From an uncultured Pelagibacteraceae bacterium (GTDB lineage Bacteria; Pseudomonadota; Alphaproteobacteria; Pelagibacterales; Pelagibacteraceae), in contig CACMAB010000001.1 of assembly GCA_902611635.1 (NCBI GenBank), positions 73,052 to 137,051 of the forward strand: a stretch of DNA of 64,000 nucleotides, written 5' to 3'. Under the pieces are notes generated by a model. The model was not told the origin of the DNA. It worked only from the letters and a program-made list of their open reading frames with translations, and searched no databases. The translations under genes and the position numbers were made by a program. The first letter of the stretch is position 1; the number at the start of each line of letters is the position of its first letter. This document shows positions 30,514 to 41,866 of this stretch, piece by piece.

Positions 30514-31096
30514 AATACTCATTTTACTTTTTTTTGGTTTTATTTTAAGTGGATGCGCAGGTGTATCATCCTCTGGAATTTTTGGAACTGGAGTAAGTGT
30601 TGCAATCGATCCAAGATCTTTAGGAACTCAAATAGATGACTCTTTGATGCAAAAAAACTTAACTGCTAGAATTTTACTCCTAAATAAAAATTATCTTTTA
30701 TCAGTAAAATCAAAAGTTTTAGATGGTAGAATTTTTTTAACTGGAAAAGTCGACGAGCCAGAGGAAAAATTGAAATTAACAAAAATTGCCTGGGAGACAA
30801 ATGGTGTAAGATCTGTTAGAAACGATATTAAAATAAAAGAGGTCTTTAACTTTAAACAATCTGCCAAGGATCTATTAATCACATCGCAATTAAGGACTGC
30901 ATTAATTTTGAACAAAGAAATTAAGGCAACAAATTACCAAATAGATACTTATAAAAAGAAAATCTATATTTATGGAATTTCACAAACTAAAGATGAAAAG
31001 GATCTCGTTATTACAGAGGCAAAAGAAATTTTAGATGTCGAAGATGTGATTGCTAGTATTTTACTAGTAGATAATTTAAGAATTAAAACTAACTAA
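30503..31096 (+). CDS. dual-BON-domain lipoprotein (DolP/YraP-like)
   Basis: Lipobox LSGC, DPRSLGTQIDD, two BON repeats; downstream of rsmI. Confidence 0.85.
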   Translation: MKNKILILLFFGFILSGCAGVSSSGIFGTGVSVAIDPRSLGTQIDDSLMQKNLTARILLLNKNYLLSVKSKVLDGRIFLTGKVDEPEEKLKLTKIAWETNGVRSVRNDIKIKEVFNFKQSAKDLLITSQLRTALILNKEIKATNYQIDTYKKKIYIYGISQTKDEKDLVITEAKEILDVEDVIASILLVDNLRIKTN

Positions 31097-33378
31097 TTTT
31101 TTTTATAATCAATTACATCAGCTGAGTAAGCTGCAATAGAGGCTAGATTTAAAATATCTGAAGTTGAAGATCTCAAAGGTGCTATTTCAATAGGTAAACC
31201 TAAACCAATTAATAAAGGTCCAATTACCTTTGCTCTACTCATTGACTTAATCATTTTATACGAAATAGCTGCACTATGTTGGCTGGGCATAATTAAAACA
31301 TTTGAGTTACCAACTATTTCTGAAAATGGATAAAGTTCTTTGTACATTTCTTCTAAAGCAACATCTGGTTGCATCTCACCATCAAATTTAAAATCAACTT
31401 TATCATTTTTTAAAATTTCAACAGCATCACTTAGTCTTTTTGTTCTATCTGTAGCTGGCTCTCCAAAAGTAGAGTGAGATAAAAAAGCAACTTTTGGATC
31501 AAAACCAAATAATTTTGCAACCCTCGCTGCTGATTTTGCCATTTCAGCTAATTGTTTTGCGTCTGGATACTCTATGACCGATGTATCGCAGATAAAGATT
31601 GTTTTACCTCTATTTACAACCAGGTTTAACCCGAACATAATTTCCCCAGGTCTTGGATCAACAACTTTAATAATTTTTTCTAGTGAAGATGAGTATCTCC
31701 TTGTGTTCCCAGTTATCATCGCATCTGCATCCTCACACGCAACCATGCATGAAGCCCAAATAACTCTATCGTTTCTTACAAGTCTATCACAATCCCATTC
31801 TAACATTCCCTTTTCTCTTTGAAGTTTTTTAAATAAATATTTTACATATTTTTCTCTTTTGGCTGTGTCTTTTGAGTTTACAATTTCAATATCAAAATTT
31901 TCATTATAACCAATTTTTTTTATTTGATTTTTAATTAGCTCCTCTTTTCCAACTAAGATGGGTATTCCTAATTCAGAGTTTTTAAAAGCTATAGCAGCTT
32001 TAAGTGTATTTTCATCCTCACCATCAGCAAAAACAACTTTTTTTTGTTTTTTCTTTATATAGCTATTTACACCTTGCATAATTGTTACAGTTGGATCTAA
32101 TCTTTGTTTAAGTTGGTCCTTGTAGATTTCAAAATTATCAATTTTTTTTCTTGCAACTCCAGTATCAATAGCAGCTTTTGCAACTGCAGCCGGTATAACA
32201 CTAATTAATCTTGGATCGAATGTTGAGGGAATTATGTAATCTTTTCCATAGTGAGGCCTCTCACCTCCCATTGCTGCAATGACTTCATCCGGCACATCTT
32301 CTTTAGCTAATTTTGCTATCGCATGTGCAGCTGCAATTTTCATCTCTTCATTAATTGTTTTTGATCGCACATCTAATGCACCTCTAAAAATATATGGAAA
32401 CCCTATTAAATTGTTTACTTGATTAGGATAATCTGACCTTCCAGTCGCTATAATTGCATCATCTCTAACCTCTTCAATTTCTTCAGGTGTAATTTCTGGG
32501 TCAGGGTTAGCACATGCAAATATAATTGGATTTTTTGCCATTTTTTTAACCATGTTTTTAGTTAACGCTCCTTTCGCAGATAAGCCTAAAAAAACATCTG
32601 CATTAGTAATAGCATCATCTAGAGTTCTATCTTTTGTTTCAATTGCATGACTTGATTTCCATTGGTTCAAATTATCTCGACCTCTGTAAATGACTCCTGT
32701 TCTGTCTACCATTGTAATATTTTTTTGGGGTACACCAGTCTTTTTAAATAAATTAGCGCAAGCCATAGCCGAAGCTCCGGCACCATTTACAACTATTTTA
32801 ACTTTATCAATTTTTTTTTTACTAATGTCCAAAGCATTAATAAGTGCTGCAGTTGTGATAATCGCAGTTCCATGCTGATCATCATGAAATACAGGTATAT
32901 CAAGTGTTTCTTTTAGCTTTTCTTCAATAATAAAACAATCAGGAGCAGCAATGTCCTCAAGATTAATACCTCCAAAACTTGGAGCAAAATTTTTTATACT
33001 ATTTATGATTTCATCTGGATTTTCGGAGTCTATCTCTAAATCAATAGAGTCAATATCAGCAAATCTTTTAAATAAAACAGCCTTTCCTTCCATCACCGGT
33101 TTAGATGCTAACGCACCTAAATTTCCCATACCTAAAATTGCTGAGCCATTACTAATTACTGCAACAAGGTTTCCTTTACTTGTATAATCAAACGCAGCCT
33201 CAGGATTATCACTGATTGCTCTTACAGGCGCAGCTACACCAGGCGAGTATGCTAAAGCCAGATCTCTTTTTGTCGTCATATTTTTTGAGGAAGATATTTC
33301 AATCTTGCCTGGCTTTTTACCTTTGTGAAAATCTAAAGCTTCTTTATCTGTGTAATGATCAATTTTTGTTTTTTTCAT
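31093..33378 (-). CDS. maeB: NADP-dependent malic enzyme with phosphotransacetylase-like C-terminal domain
   Basis: LALAYSPGVA, PVMEGK, FHDDQHGT, GRSDYPNQVNN; PTA-like DGEMQPD. Confidence 0.96.
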   Translation of the reverse strand: MKKTKIDHYTDKEALDFHKGKKPGKIEISSSKNMTTKRDLALAYSPGVAAPVRAISDNPEAAFDYTSKGNLVAVISNGSAILGMGNLGALASKPVMEGKAVLFKRFADIDSIDLEIDSENPDEIINSIKNFAPSFGGINLEDIAAPDCFIIEEKLKETLDIPVFHDDQHGTAIITTAALINALDISKKKIDKVKIVVNGAGASAMACANLFKKTGVPQKNITMVDRTGVIYRGRDNLNQWKSSHAIETKDRTLDDAITNADVFLGLSAKGALTKNMVKKMAKNPIIFACANPDPEITPEEIEEVRDDAIIATGRSDYPNQVNNLIGFPYIFRGALDVRSKTINEEMKIAAAHAIAKLAKEDVPDEVIAAMGGERPHYGKDYIIPSTFDPRLISVIPAAVAKAAIDTGVARKKIDNFEIYKDQLKQRLDPTVTIMQGVNSYIKKKQKKVVFADGEDENTLKAAIAFKNSELGIPILVGKEELIKNQIKKIGYNENFDIEIVNSKDTAKREKYVKYLFKKLQREKGMLEWDCDRLVRNDRVIWASCMVACEDADAMITGNTRRYSSSLEKIIKVVDPRPGEIMFGLNLVVNRGKTIFICDTSVIEYPDAKQLAEMAKSAARVAKLFGFDPKVAFLSHSTFGEPATDRTKRLSDAVEILKNDKVDFKFDGEMQPDVALEEMYKELYPFSEIVGNSNVLIMPSQHSAAISYKMIKSMSRAKVIGPLLIGLGLPIEIAPLRSSTSDILNLASIAAYSADVIDYKKN

Positions 33379-33428
33379 TTATGCTAATTAGGTGTACAAA
33401 TGGGGTAAAATTAAGACTAATATGATTT

Positions 33429-34958
33429 ATGAATTTAGTTAAGTCAACAGGGACTTTTGGTTTTTATACTATTATCAGTAGATTACTTGGTTATTTAAGA
33501 GATGTTTTGATAGCGATCTTTCTTGGAACAAGTTTTTTAGCAGATGTATTTTTTGTAGCATTCAGAATACCCAATACTTTTAGAAGATTATTTGCAGAAG
33601 GAACTTTCAATGCTGCTTTTATACCAAGTTACACTTCAGAATTAGTAAAAAAAAAAACTGGATCACAAAAATTTGCTAACGAAATTTTCAATTTATTATT
33701 TTTAGGACTATTGTTTTTAGTTTTGATTATAGAAATTTTCATGCCAGTTTTTGTAAGGTTAATAGCACCAGGTTTTGTTGATAATTCAGAAAAAATTCAG
33801 CTAGCTGTCAATCTTACAAGGATAACTATGCCATTTTTAATTTTTGTGAGTCTATCTTCTTTTTTTGCTGCAATTCTAAATTCTCACAATAAGTTTGCTG
33901 CGGCCTCTGCAGCTCCAATAATCCTTAATATAGTATTGATTGGAATTTTATTTTTTGGAAAATTTCTTAACGACGAACTAGTTAATTATTTATCATATGG
34001 AGTTTCTATTGCAGGATTATTACAACTTATCTTTTTATATCAATTTGCGAAAAAATTTTATTCTATAAATCTTAAATTTAATTTCAAAATTAATAATAAG
34101 GTCAAATTTTTTTTTAAAAAACTTTTACCCAGTATTTTTTCATCTGGTGTAACACAAATTAATATTCTTGTAGGTACTATAATTGCATCTTTTCAAGCTA
34201 GTGCCGTATCTTATCTATATTATGCTGATAGGATTTATCAAATAAATCTTGCAATCGCAGGAATTGCGATAGGCGTGGTTGTTCTGCCACAACTTTCAAA
34301 ACATGTTTTCTTAAAAAAGAAAAATAAAATTCTTTTACTACAAAATAAAGCGCTTGAGCTTAGTATGTTTTTAAGTCTACCAGCTGCAGTAGCTTTAATT
34401 GTAGGATCAGAGCAAATTATTTCAGCATTATTTGGCTATGGTTCTTTTGATGAGCTGTCAGTGTCTAACTCGGCAAATGCACTTTACTATTTTGGATTAG
34501 GATTACCTGCTTTTGCCTTAATTAAAGTATTTTCGACTTTTTTTTTCGCAAACCACGATACCAAAACACCATTTTATATTTCATTATTTTCAGTAATTCT
34601 AAATATATTAATAAGTATTTATTTTTTTAGAGAAATTGGTTTTATAATCATTCCTATAGCTACGACAATTTCATCATGGTTCAATGCAATAATATTATTT
34701 GTTTACTTAAAAAATAAAGATTTATTTAATTTTAATGAATTATTTTTTGCCAAATTAATAAAAATATTTATGGCATCTATAATAATGGGAATATTTTTTA
34801 ATTACTTAATTTTGTTTTTTGAAAATAAATTGCTTTATGAATATAATTTTAAATCTTTTTATTTGATACTTTCAGCTTTTTTAAGTCTTATATTTTATTT
34901 GAGTTTTTCATTATTTATCAAAGCTTTCAAATATGGTGATATTAAACTAAAGTATTAA
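33429..34958 (+). CDS. murJ: lipid II flippase MurJ
   Basis: [32 protein letters not shown]; many TM helices. Confidence 0.96.
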   Translation: MNLVKSTGTFGFYTIISRLLGYLRDVLIAIFLGTSFLADVFFVAFRIPNTFRRLFAEGTFNAAFIPSYTSELVKKKTGSQKFANEIFNLLFLGLLFLVLIIEIFMPVFVRLIAPGFVDNSEKIQLAVNLTRITMPFLIFVSLSSFFAAILNSHNKFAAASAAPIILNIVLIGILFFGKFLNDELVNYLSYGVSIAGLLQLIFLYQFAKKFYSINLKFNFKINNKVKFFFKKLLPSIFSSGVTQINILVGTIIASFQASAVSYLYYADRIYQINLAIAGIAIGVVVLPQLSKHVFLKKKNKILLLQNKALELSMFLSLPAAVALIVGSEQIISALFGYGSFDELSVSNSANALYYFGLGLPAFALIKVFSTFFFANHDTKTPFYISLFSVILNILISIYFFREIGFIIIPIATTISSWFNAIILFVYLKNKDLFNFNELFFAKLIKIFMASIIMGIFFNYLILFFENKLLYEYNFKSFYLILSAFLSLIFYLSFSLFIKAFKYGDIKLKY

Positions 34959-34960
34959 CT

Positions 34961-35962
34961 ATGGGAAAAAAAATTTTTTCAGGTGTTCAACCTACTGGAA
35001 ACCTTCATCTTGGAAATTATTTGGGAGCAATCAAAAATTTTGTAAAACTTAACAATGAAGATCAAAATGAGTGTGTGTTCTGTGTTGTTGATCTTCATGC
35101 TATTACAGTTGCTCAAGATCCAAAAAAATTAAAAGATAATATTTATGAAACTGTAGCAACTTTTATTGCTAGTGGCATTGATCCTGCAAAAAGTATTATC
35201 TTTAATCAATCAAGAGTGAGTGCTCATTCAGAAACGGCCTGGATATTAAGTTGTGTTGCTAGAATGGGATGGCTTAATAGAATGACCCAATTTAAGGAGA
35301 AAGCTGGAAAAGATAAAGAAAAAGCAAGCATTGGTCTTTATTCTTATCCTGTTTTAATGGCTGCAGATATTTTGCTATATGACACAACTCACGTACCTGT
35401 TGGTGATGATCAAAAGCAACATTTAGAACTTTGCCGAGATATAGCCCAAAAGTTTAATAATGATTTTAGTGCTGACAATTTTTTTAAAATTCCTGAGCCA
35501 TTAATTCAAAAAGAGTTTTCAAGAATTATGAGCTTGAGAGATGGTACAAAAAAAATGAGTAAATCTGAATTATCAGATCTGAGCAGGATAAATTTAACAG
35601 ATGATAAAGACCAAATAATAAATAAAATCAAAAAAGCAAAAACTGATACTTTACCATTACCATCCACTAGTGCAGATTTAGAAAAAAGACCCGAAGCAAA
35701 GAATTTGATGGGTATATATTCTAGTTTAATGGATGTAAGTTTAGAGGTTACAATAAATAAATTTTCTGGAAAAAATTTCTCAGAATTTAAAGAAAATTTA
35801 TCACAAGTTATGGTTGATAAAATTTACCCAATATCTTTGGAAATTAAAAAGTTGTTAAGTGAAAAAAAATATTTAGATAAAATACTATTAGAGGGAACTC
35901 AAAAAGCAGATAAAATAGCTTCGGAAAAGGTAAAGAAAATCCAAGAACTTGTTGGTTTTTAG
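34961..35962 (+). CDS. trpS: tryptophan--tRNA ligase
   Basis: [28 protein letters not shown]. Confidence 0.99.
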   Translation: MGKKIFSGVQPTGNLHLGNYLGAIKNFVKLNNEDQNECVFCVVDLHAITVAQDPKKLKDNIYETVATFIASGIDPAKSIIFNQSRVSAHSETAWILSCVARMGWLNRMTQFKEKAGKDKEKASIGLYSYPVLMAADILLYDTTHVPVGDDQKQHLELCRDIAQKFNNDFSADNFFKIPEPLIQKEFSRIMSLRDGTKKMSKSELSDLSRINLTDDKDQIINKIKKAKTDTLPLPSTSADLEKRPEAKNLMGIYSSLMDVSLEVTINKFSGKNFSEFKENLSQVMVDKIYPISLEIKKLLSEKKYLDKILLEGTQKADKIASEKVKKIQELVGF

Positions 35963-36014
35963 GATTTTTTTATTAACAAGTTTCATTTTTATAATTATTG
36001 ATTATATATAAATC

Positions 36015-36554
36015 ATGTTTGTTCAGACCGAAATAACACCGAACCCAAATTCTTTAAAATTCTTACCTGGTAAGATTGTTTCAAATAAAGGTTCATTTGA
36101 AATTACACAAAATGATCGAACTAATAATGAGTTAGTTAAAAACTTGCTATCCATAAATGGTGTCGAAGGTATTTTTCTAGGTAAAGATTTTATCTCAATA
36201 AATAAATATGATGACACATCATGGGATGAAATAAAACACATAGTAATTTCTTTAATCAATGATTTTTACTCTAGCGGAAAAGAGTGTGTTGTTGAAAATA
36301 CCTTAATTGAAAATAACGAAAATTTAAAAGATATAGAAAAAAAAATAGTTAAAATATTAGATGAAAAAATTAGACCTGCAGTTGCGAAAGATGGTGGAGA
36401 TATTAAGTTTAAAGAGTTTAAAGATGGTATTGTTAAAGTGCAGCTCCAAGGGAGCTGTTCAGGTTGTCCAAGTTCAACTATGACATTAAAACAAGGTGTA
36501 CAAAATCTGCTTTGTCACTATCTACCAGAAGTTAAGAAAGTTGAGGCTCTTTAA
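36015..36554 (+). CDS. nfuA: NifU/NfuA-family Fe-S carrier
   Basis: TPNPNSLKF N-terminal domain; IRPAVAKDGGD and GSCSGCPSS. Confidence 0.9.
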   Translation: MFVQTEITPNPNSLKFLPGKIVSNKGSFEITQNDRTNNELVKNLLSINGVEGIFLGKDFISINKYDDTSWDEIKHIVISLINDFYSSGKECVVENTLIENNENLKDIEKKIVKILDEKIRPAVAKDGGDIKFKEFKDGIVKVQLQGSCSGCPSSTMTLKQGVQNLLCHYLPEVKKVEAL

Positions 36555-37703
36555 ATGTTTAATTTTAAATTAAAAAATCTAAAATTTTTAAACCAATTGA
36601 TTTTTTTTAAGTCAAAATTTTATCTTGTTAGAATGAGAAGGAAGAACTTAAAAATGTTTAAGTTTTTTGATGACAGACGAATTGGTGCAATTCCAAGAAT
36701 ATTTTTAACAAGTATTTTTGTTGTTTTTTCATTCTATCACATTCCATCAATAATTAATTTTGCTAATAAGCAACTTTTAGAAGATAAAGAATTTCAAAAT
36801 AATTCAAAAGCCATTCTAGCATATACACTCAATAAAAAAGAGGGTGTCGAGTCTGATGAAGGAGAATTAAATGAAAAAGATTTGTTAATCGATATTTTTA
36901 GTTTGAATGATCTTGAAACAGACACAGTAAGATTAAATGCATCTACAATTAAACAATTATTTCAAGACACCGATTATAAACTAGATGATGTAAGGGAAAC
37001 AAAGTTAGTTAAGCCTGTTGCATTAACTTTACTTCCTGGTGAAATAAAAATGATCGAAAGTACTAAGAAAAGAAAAGAGTTTTTTATTCAAATTGTTTTA
37101 CCTTTAGTCTTAAAAGAAAATAATAATATTAGATTAGATCGAAAGACTTTGTTTAAAATTATAAATAAAAGCAATAATACTAAATTAGAAAAAAAATGGC
37201 TTGAAAAAAAATACAAACAGTATGGAGTAACATCAAAAGATTTAACAACACTCAAAATCAGGATGGATGAAATACCAGTTTCTTTAGCACTTGCTCAAGC
37301 TGCGAAAGAAACAGGATGGGGAACATCAAGATTTGCACAAGAGGGTAATGCACTTTTCGGGCAATGGACTTGGTCTGGTGAGGGCTTAAAGCCTAAAGAG
37401 GCTGATGAGAATAAGGGGCATAAAGTTATGAAATTCAATGTATTACAGGCCTCAGTTAGAGCTTATCAAAGAAATTTAAATACCCATCGATCATATAAAA
37501 ACTTTAGATTAGCAAGAGCACATTTAAGAGATAATAATCAACCTTTAGACAGTTTAATTCTTTCTCAATTTTTAAAAAATTATGCTGAAACAGGAAATCA
37601 ATATGTGGAAGTTTTGCAAAAAATTATTAATCAAAACAATTTAAAAGATTTTGATGATGCTAAGTTACTTCCTTCAAGCAAAGAGCTTGAAAGTTTAATT
37701 TAA
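36555..37703 (+). CDS. membrane-anchored glucosaminidase-domain (Bax-like) protein
   Basis: LAQAAKETGWGTSRFA, NALFGQW, NLNTH, YAE; real start is probably ATG 36633 or 36654. Confidence 0.85.
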   Translation: MFNFKLKNLKFLNQLIFFKSKFYLVRMRRKNLKMFKFFDDRRIGAIPRIFLTSIFVVFSFYHIPSIINFANKQLLEDKEFQNNSKAILAYTLNKKEGVESDEGELNEKDLLIDIFSLNDLETDTVRLNASTIKQLFQDTDYKLDDVRETKLVKPVALTLLPGEIKMIESTKKRKEFFIQIVLPLVLKENNNIRLDRKTLFKIINKSNNTKLEKKWLEKKYKQYGVTSKDLTTLKIRMDEIPVSLALAQAAKETGWGTSRFAQEGNALFGQWTWSGEGLKPKEADENKGHKVMKFNVLQASVRAYQRNLNTHRSYKNFRLARAHLRDNNQPLDSLILSQFLKNYAETGNQYVEVLQKIINQNNLKDFDDAKLLPSSKELESLI

Positions 37704-38761
37704 TTTTCCATTATAACAAATTGGGTTCCAAACCAACGCCACTTGCCATCATCATTTAAGGAACAATTTATTCTTCCGCGTCTTGGTAAAAATTTAGACT
37801 CGAAATTGATATAAAGAATATTTTTTTCGAATACTAAATTTGGTTGACCCCATGAACCACCATCATTTGAATAACAATTGATATTTTTAATATTTTTTTG
37901 ATTATCAAAAAATTCTACAATCAATTTAGGTGGATTATCATAATTTTCTAATTTTTTTTCTACTGGTTTAAGAGATTTGTACTCTAGAGGATTATAATTG
38001 ATTAGTGAGTTAAATCGTTTTAAATCTCCATACTTTTCATTTATTGGAAATCTTGGTAATTCAAATTTATCTTTATTATTATCAATTATTCCAGAGTGTT
38101 GTCCAAAAGCAATTTCAAAATTTTTTGATATATAATTTTTCATAAAAAGAGAATATTCACCAAAAGGATATGAAAATATTGGTGGTACATACCCTAGTTT
38201 ATCTTTAAAAATTTCAGTTGCTGTTTCTATATCGTTTATGAATTCTTTTTCTGTCATATCAATTAAATATTCATGTGTATGTGAATGGTGTCCTATATAG
38301 CCTATATCGGAGTCATCAATTTCTTTAATTTCATCCCAAGTCATATACCCTTTTTTACCTACAGGTTCAGTAGATACAAATAAGATGAATGGAATTTTAT
38401 TTTTTTTAAGATATGGCCAGGCTTCATTATAAAATGACTTAAACCCATCATCAATTGTAATTAAAAATTTCTTATTCTTTTTTACTTTATCAAATTCATT
38501 TAAAAAATTGTTAGGATCATAAAATTCATACCCTTGATTTTTAATGATTTTCATTTGCTCATCAAACATATCCATTCTAATATTTGTTGATGGATATTTA
38601 TTTTCATTAAATCGATGATACATCAATGATAAAACACCACTATCTCTAGAATAAGATTTGATATTATTCTCTTGTGCAATAGAATTAACTAGAAAAATAA
38701 ATTGTAAAATGAATAAGCTAATTATAGATGCCGCTAAAGATAAAATTTTTTTAATGATCAT
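37700..38761 (-). CDS. secreted polysaccharide deacetylase (CE4/NodB)
   Basis: LMYHRF, ITIDDG, HSHTH, FSYPFGE; signal peptide from ATG 38761. Confidence 0.9.
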   Translation of the reverse strand: MIIKKILSLAASIISLFILQFIFLVNSIAQENNIKSYSRDSGVLSLMYHRFNENKYPSTNIRMDMFDEQMKIIKNQGYEFYDPNNFLNEFDKVKKNKKFLITIDDGFKSFYNEAWPYLKKNKIPFILFVSTEPVGKKGYMTWDEIKEIDDSDIGYIGHHSHTHEYLIDMTEKEFINDIETATEIFKDKLGYVPPIFSYPFGEYSLFMKNYISKNFEIAFGQHSGIIDNNKDKFELPRFPINEKYGDLKRFNSLINYNPLEYKSLKPVEKKLENYDNPPKLIVEFFDNQKNIKNINCYSNDGGSWGQPNLVFEKNILYINFESKFLPRRGRINCSLNDDGKWRWFGTQFVIMEN

Positions 38762-39095
38762 TAATAACAATATTAATTACAGCATTACACATGAAAATTC
38801 CAAAATAAATTATGAAAAATTATCAATTCTGATTAATGATTTTTTAAATAAGAAAAATTTAGATTTAGATAAAGTTTCACAAATTTATGTAAATCGAGGT
38901 CCAGGAAGTTTTGCGGGGATAAGAAATTCTTTATCAATTGTTAAAGCTTTTCATTTAGTTAATAAAATTGATTATTATTGTTATAGTTTAGAGGATTTTA
39001 GTGAAAAAAATGAGGTTAAATACGAAAATATCCCAAAACTTTGCGATAAATTGAAAGTTGAAAAAAATTTGATAAATCCTATTTATTTGAGTTAA
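38709..39095 (+). CDS. tsaB: tRNA threonylcarbamoyladenosine biosynthesis protein TsaB, short form (128 aa)
   Basis: MNKLIIDAA start matches the TsaB N-terminus; GPGSFAGIR motif; upstream of fur-miaB. Confidence 0.8.
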   Translation: MNKLIIDAAKDKIFLMIINNNINYSITHENSKINYEKLSILINDFLNKKNLDLDKVSQIYVNRGPGSFAGIRNSLSIVKAFHLVNKIDYYCYSLEDFSEKNEVKYENIPKLCDKLKVEKNLINPIYLS

Positions 39096-39103
39096 AATCA
39101 ATT

Positions 39104-39541
39104 ATGTCAGATACAATTGAACAACAATGTTTATCTAAAGGGGTAAAATTAACTGAACAGAGGCGAATTATTGCAAAGGTTATTTCAGAGTCAAAAGCCG
39201 CCTATGGTGAGTCTGATCATCCAGATGTTGATGAGTTATATAGTCGTGTATCAAAAGTTGATCCAAAAATAAGCATAGCCACAGTTTATAGGACAGTGAA
39301 GCTTTTCGAAGAAGCAGGAATTTTAACTAAACATGATTTTAAAGGTGGGAAGGCTAGATATGAAGCAATGATAGAGAGTCATCATGATCATTTGATTGAT
39401 ATAAAATCTGGTGAAATAATTGAATTTGTGGATGAAGAAATTGAAGAGTTGCAAAAAAAAGTTGCAAAAAAATATGGTTATAAGTTAGTAGACCATAAAC
39501 TCGAGTTATATGGTGTCAAAGTAAACTCAAAAGATGAATAA
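39104..39541 (+). CDS. fur: Fur/Mur-family metal uptake regulator
   Basis: TEQRR, DHPDVDELY, SIATVYRT, HHDHLID, HKLELYG. Confidence 0.93.
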   Translation: MSDTIEQQCLSKGVKLTEQRRIIAKVISESKAAYGESDHPDVDELYSRVSKVDPKISIATVYRTVKLFEEAGILTKHDFKGGKARYEAMIESHHDHLIDIKSGEIIEFVDEEIEELQKKVAKKYGYKLVDHKLELYGVKVNSKDE

Positions 39542-40862
39542 AAAGATATTTATCAAAACTTTCGGTTGTCAAATGAACGAATATGACACTAACAGAATAT
39601 TTGATACTGTGAGAGAAATAGGTTTTGTAAAAACTGAAAATCTAGATGAGTGTAATTGTTATCTACTTAACACGTGCCATATTCGGGATAAAGCTAAAGA
39701 AAAAGTTTATCATGAGATTGGACGGTTAAAAAAAAATTTTAGATCACGAAAAAAACCAATCGTTATAGTTGCTGGATGTGTTGCTCAGGCTGAAAATGAG
39801 GAAATGATCAAAAGAGAACCATATATTGATATCGTGATTGGACCGCAAGCCTATCATAAAATAAATGACAAAATTGAGGAATTTTTATTCAAACAAAAAA
39901 AAATAGATGAAACCGAATTTGATGCCATGACAAAATTTGATTATTTAGGTAATATTAAGAATTCATCAAAAAAAATCTCATCATTTTTAACTATTCAAGA
40001 GGGCTGTGATAAATTTTGCCATTTCTGTGTAGTACCATTTACAAGAGGTCCGGAATATTCAAGACCATTCAAAAAAATATTAGAAGAAGCAGAGAATTTG
40101 TCAGAAAATGGAGTTCGTGAAATAACACTACTAGGTCAAAATGTTAATGCTTATAATTATGAAAATTACAGATTGTCAGATTTAATTTTAAAAATAGAAA
40201 AGTTGGATGGAATTAAAAGAATTAGATATACAACTTCTCACCCAAGGGATATGACAGAAGATCTTATCAATGTATATGGTGTTTCAAAGAAATTAATGCC
40301 TTTAGTTCACCTGCCTGTTCAAAGTGGATCTGATAAGATCCTAAAGTCAATGAATAGAAAACATCAAATAAGTGATTATTTTAATACTTACGAAAAACTT
40401 CAAAAAATTAACCCAAAAATAAAGTTTTCGAGTGATTTTATAATTGCCTATCCGGGTGAGGATGAGAAGGACTTTAATGAAACATGTGATTTAATTAAAA
40501 AAATTGAATTTATAAATTCTTTTTCTTTCATATTTAGTCCAAGACCAGGAACAACTGCAGCAAATTTTGAGTTAATTGATAAAGAAATTTCACTTTCAAG
40601 ATTGGAAAAAGTTCAAAAACAATTATTTACGAATCAAATTAATATGAATAAATCGCTTGAGGGTAAAGAAATAGATGTTTTGGTTGAAAATAAAATAGAT
40701 GGTGGCACAAAGTTTTTTGGTCGATCAGAATATATGACTTCAGTTATTTTTGATGGTAATGATTTAGATATGGGAAATGTTATAAAAGTAAAAATAAATA
40801 GCAGTAATCAAAATACATTGTTTGGTAAAAGCTTAAATAATTCAGAACAAAGAGTGGCTTAA
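39534..40862 (+). CDS. miaB: tRNA-2-methylthio-N6-dimethylallyladenosine synthase
   Basis: TFGCQMN, NTCHIR, radical SAM CxxxCxxC (GCDKFCHFC), TRAM-like C-terminus. Confidence 0.97.
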   Translation: MNKKIFIKTFGCQMNEYDTNRIFDTVREIGFVKTENLDECNCYLLNTCHIRDKAKEKVYHEIGRLKKNFRSRKKPIVIVAGCVAQAENEEMIKREPYIDIVIGPQAYHKINDKIEEFLFKQKKIDETEFDAMTKFDYLGNIKNSSKKISSFLTIQEGCDKFCHFCVVPFTRGPEYSRPFKKILEEAENLSENGVREITLLGQNVNAYNYENYRLSDLILKIEKLDGIKRIRYTTSHPRDMTEDLINVYGVSKKLMPLVHLPVQSGSDKILKSMNRKHQISDYFNTYEKLQKINPKIKFSSDFIIAYPGEDEKDFNETCDLIKKIEFINSFSFIFSPRPGTTAANFELIDKEISLSRLEKVQKQLFTNQINMNKSLEGKEIDVLVENKIDGGTKFFGRSEYMTSVIFDGNDLDMGNVIKVKINSSNQNTLFGKSLNNSEQRVA

Positions 40863-40864
40863 AT

Positions 40865-41866
40865 TTGAGTAATACTATTAAAAAAGATATTAATTCATCT
40901 CTAAAATTTGTTTATTCAGAAAATAATTCAATTAGTGTAATTTTTCATGAAAATGATCTCCTGATAGGAGTAGTTGGTGAATTTAACCAAAACTTGAAAG
41001 AGTTAGAAAAAATAACTAATTCAAGTATTTATTCCAGGGGAAATTCAATCTTAATCAAATCAACTTCAGAAAAAAATGAAATTTTGAAGAATGCAATTCA
41101 ATTTCTTGCAAATCAATTTAAAAATAATGGTAGTATAGAACAAAAAGATATTTTATCCTCAGTTGATCAATTTATGATAAATGAAAAGGTAAAAAATACA
41201 AACGTTACTGATATAATCAAAACTCCAAAAAAATCTATAATTCCAAGATCAGAAAAACAAAAAGAGTATGTTAGAGCGTTGAGACAAAATGAAATAATAA
41301 TATCCGCTGGACCTGCTGGTACAGGAAAAACCTTTCTTGCTGTTGCTGTTGGTTTAACAATGTTGTTAGAAAAAAAAATAGAGAGGATTATACTTTCTAG
41401 ACCTGCGGTTGAGGCAGGTGAGAGATTAGGATTCCTGCCAGGAGATATGAAAGAGAAAGTTGATCCATATCTACGTCCTTTGTATGACTCTTTGTATGAT
41501 CTGTTTCATTTTGAAAAAATTCAGAGAATGATTGAAATTGGCGACATTGAAATTGCTCCTTTAGCTTTTATGAGAGGAAGAACTTTAAAAAATTCTTTTG
41601 CAATTTTAGATGAAGCTCAAAATGCCACTGATACACAAATAAAAATGTTTCTTACTAGGATAGGTGAAAATTCAAAAATAGTTGTCAATGGTGATCCTAC
41701 CCAAATAGATTTACCTAACAAAAAAATGTCAGGTTTAGAAAGATCAAAAAAGATATTATCACATTTGAATGAGATTGCAGTTATAGACTTTGATCATTCA
41801 GATGTTGTGAGGCATCCTTTAGTTTCAAAAATTGTGAAAGCGTACAACAATAATGATCAAAGTTAA
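40865..41866 (+). CDS. phoH: PhoH-family ATPase (YbeZ)
   Basis: GPAGTGKT, RPAVEAGE, FMRGRT, DEAQN; TTG start. Confidence 0.93.
   Translation: MSNTIKKDINSSLKFVYSENNSISVIFHENDLLIGVVGEFNQNLKELEKITNSSIYSRGNSILIKSTSEKNEILKNAIQFLANQFKNNGSIEQKDILSSVDQFMINEKVKNTNVTDIIKTPKKSIIPRSEKQKEYVRALRQNEIIISAGPAGTGKTFLAVAVGLTMLLEKKIERIILSRPAVEAGERLGFLPGDMKEKVDPYLRPLYDSLYDLFHFEKIQRMIEIGDIEIAPLAFMRGRTLKNSFAILDEAQNATDTQIKMFLTRIGENSKIVVNGDPTQIDLPNKKMSGLERSKKILSHLNEIAVIDFDHSDVVRHPLVSKIVKAYNNNDQS

Noticed and set aside
38658-38708. Upstream TTG start for tsaB
   Set aside because: Family similarity starts at MNKLIID (38709)
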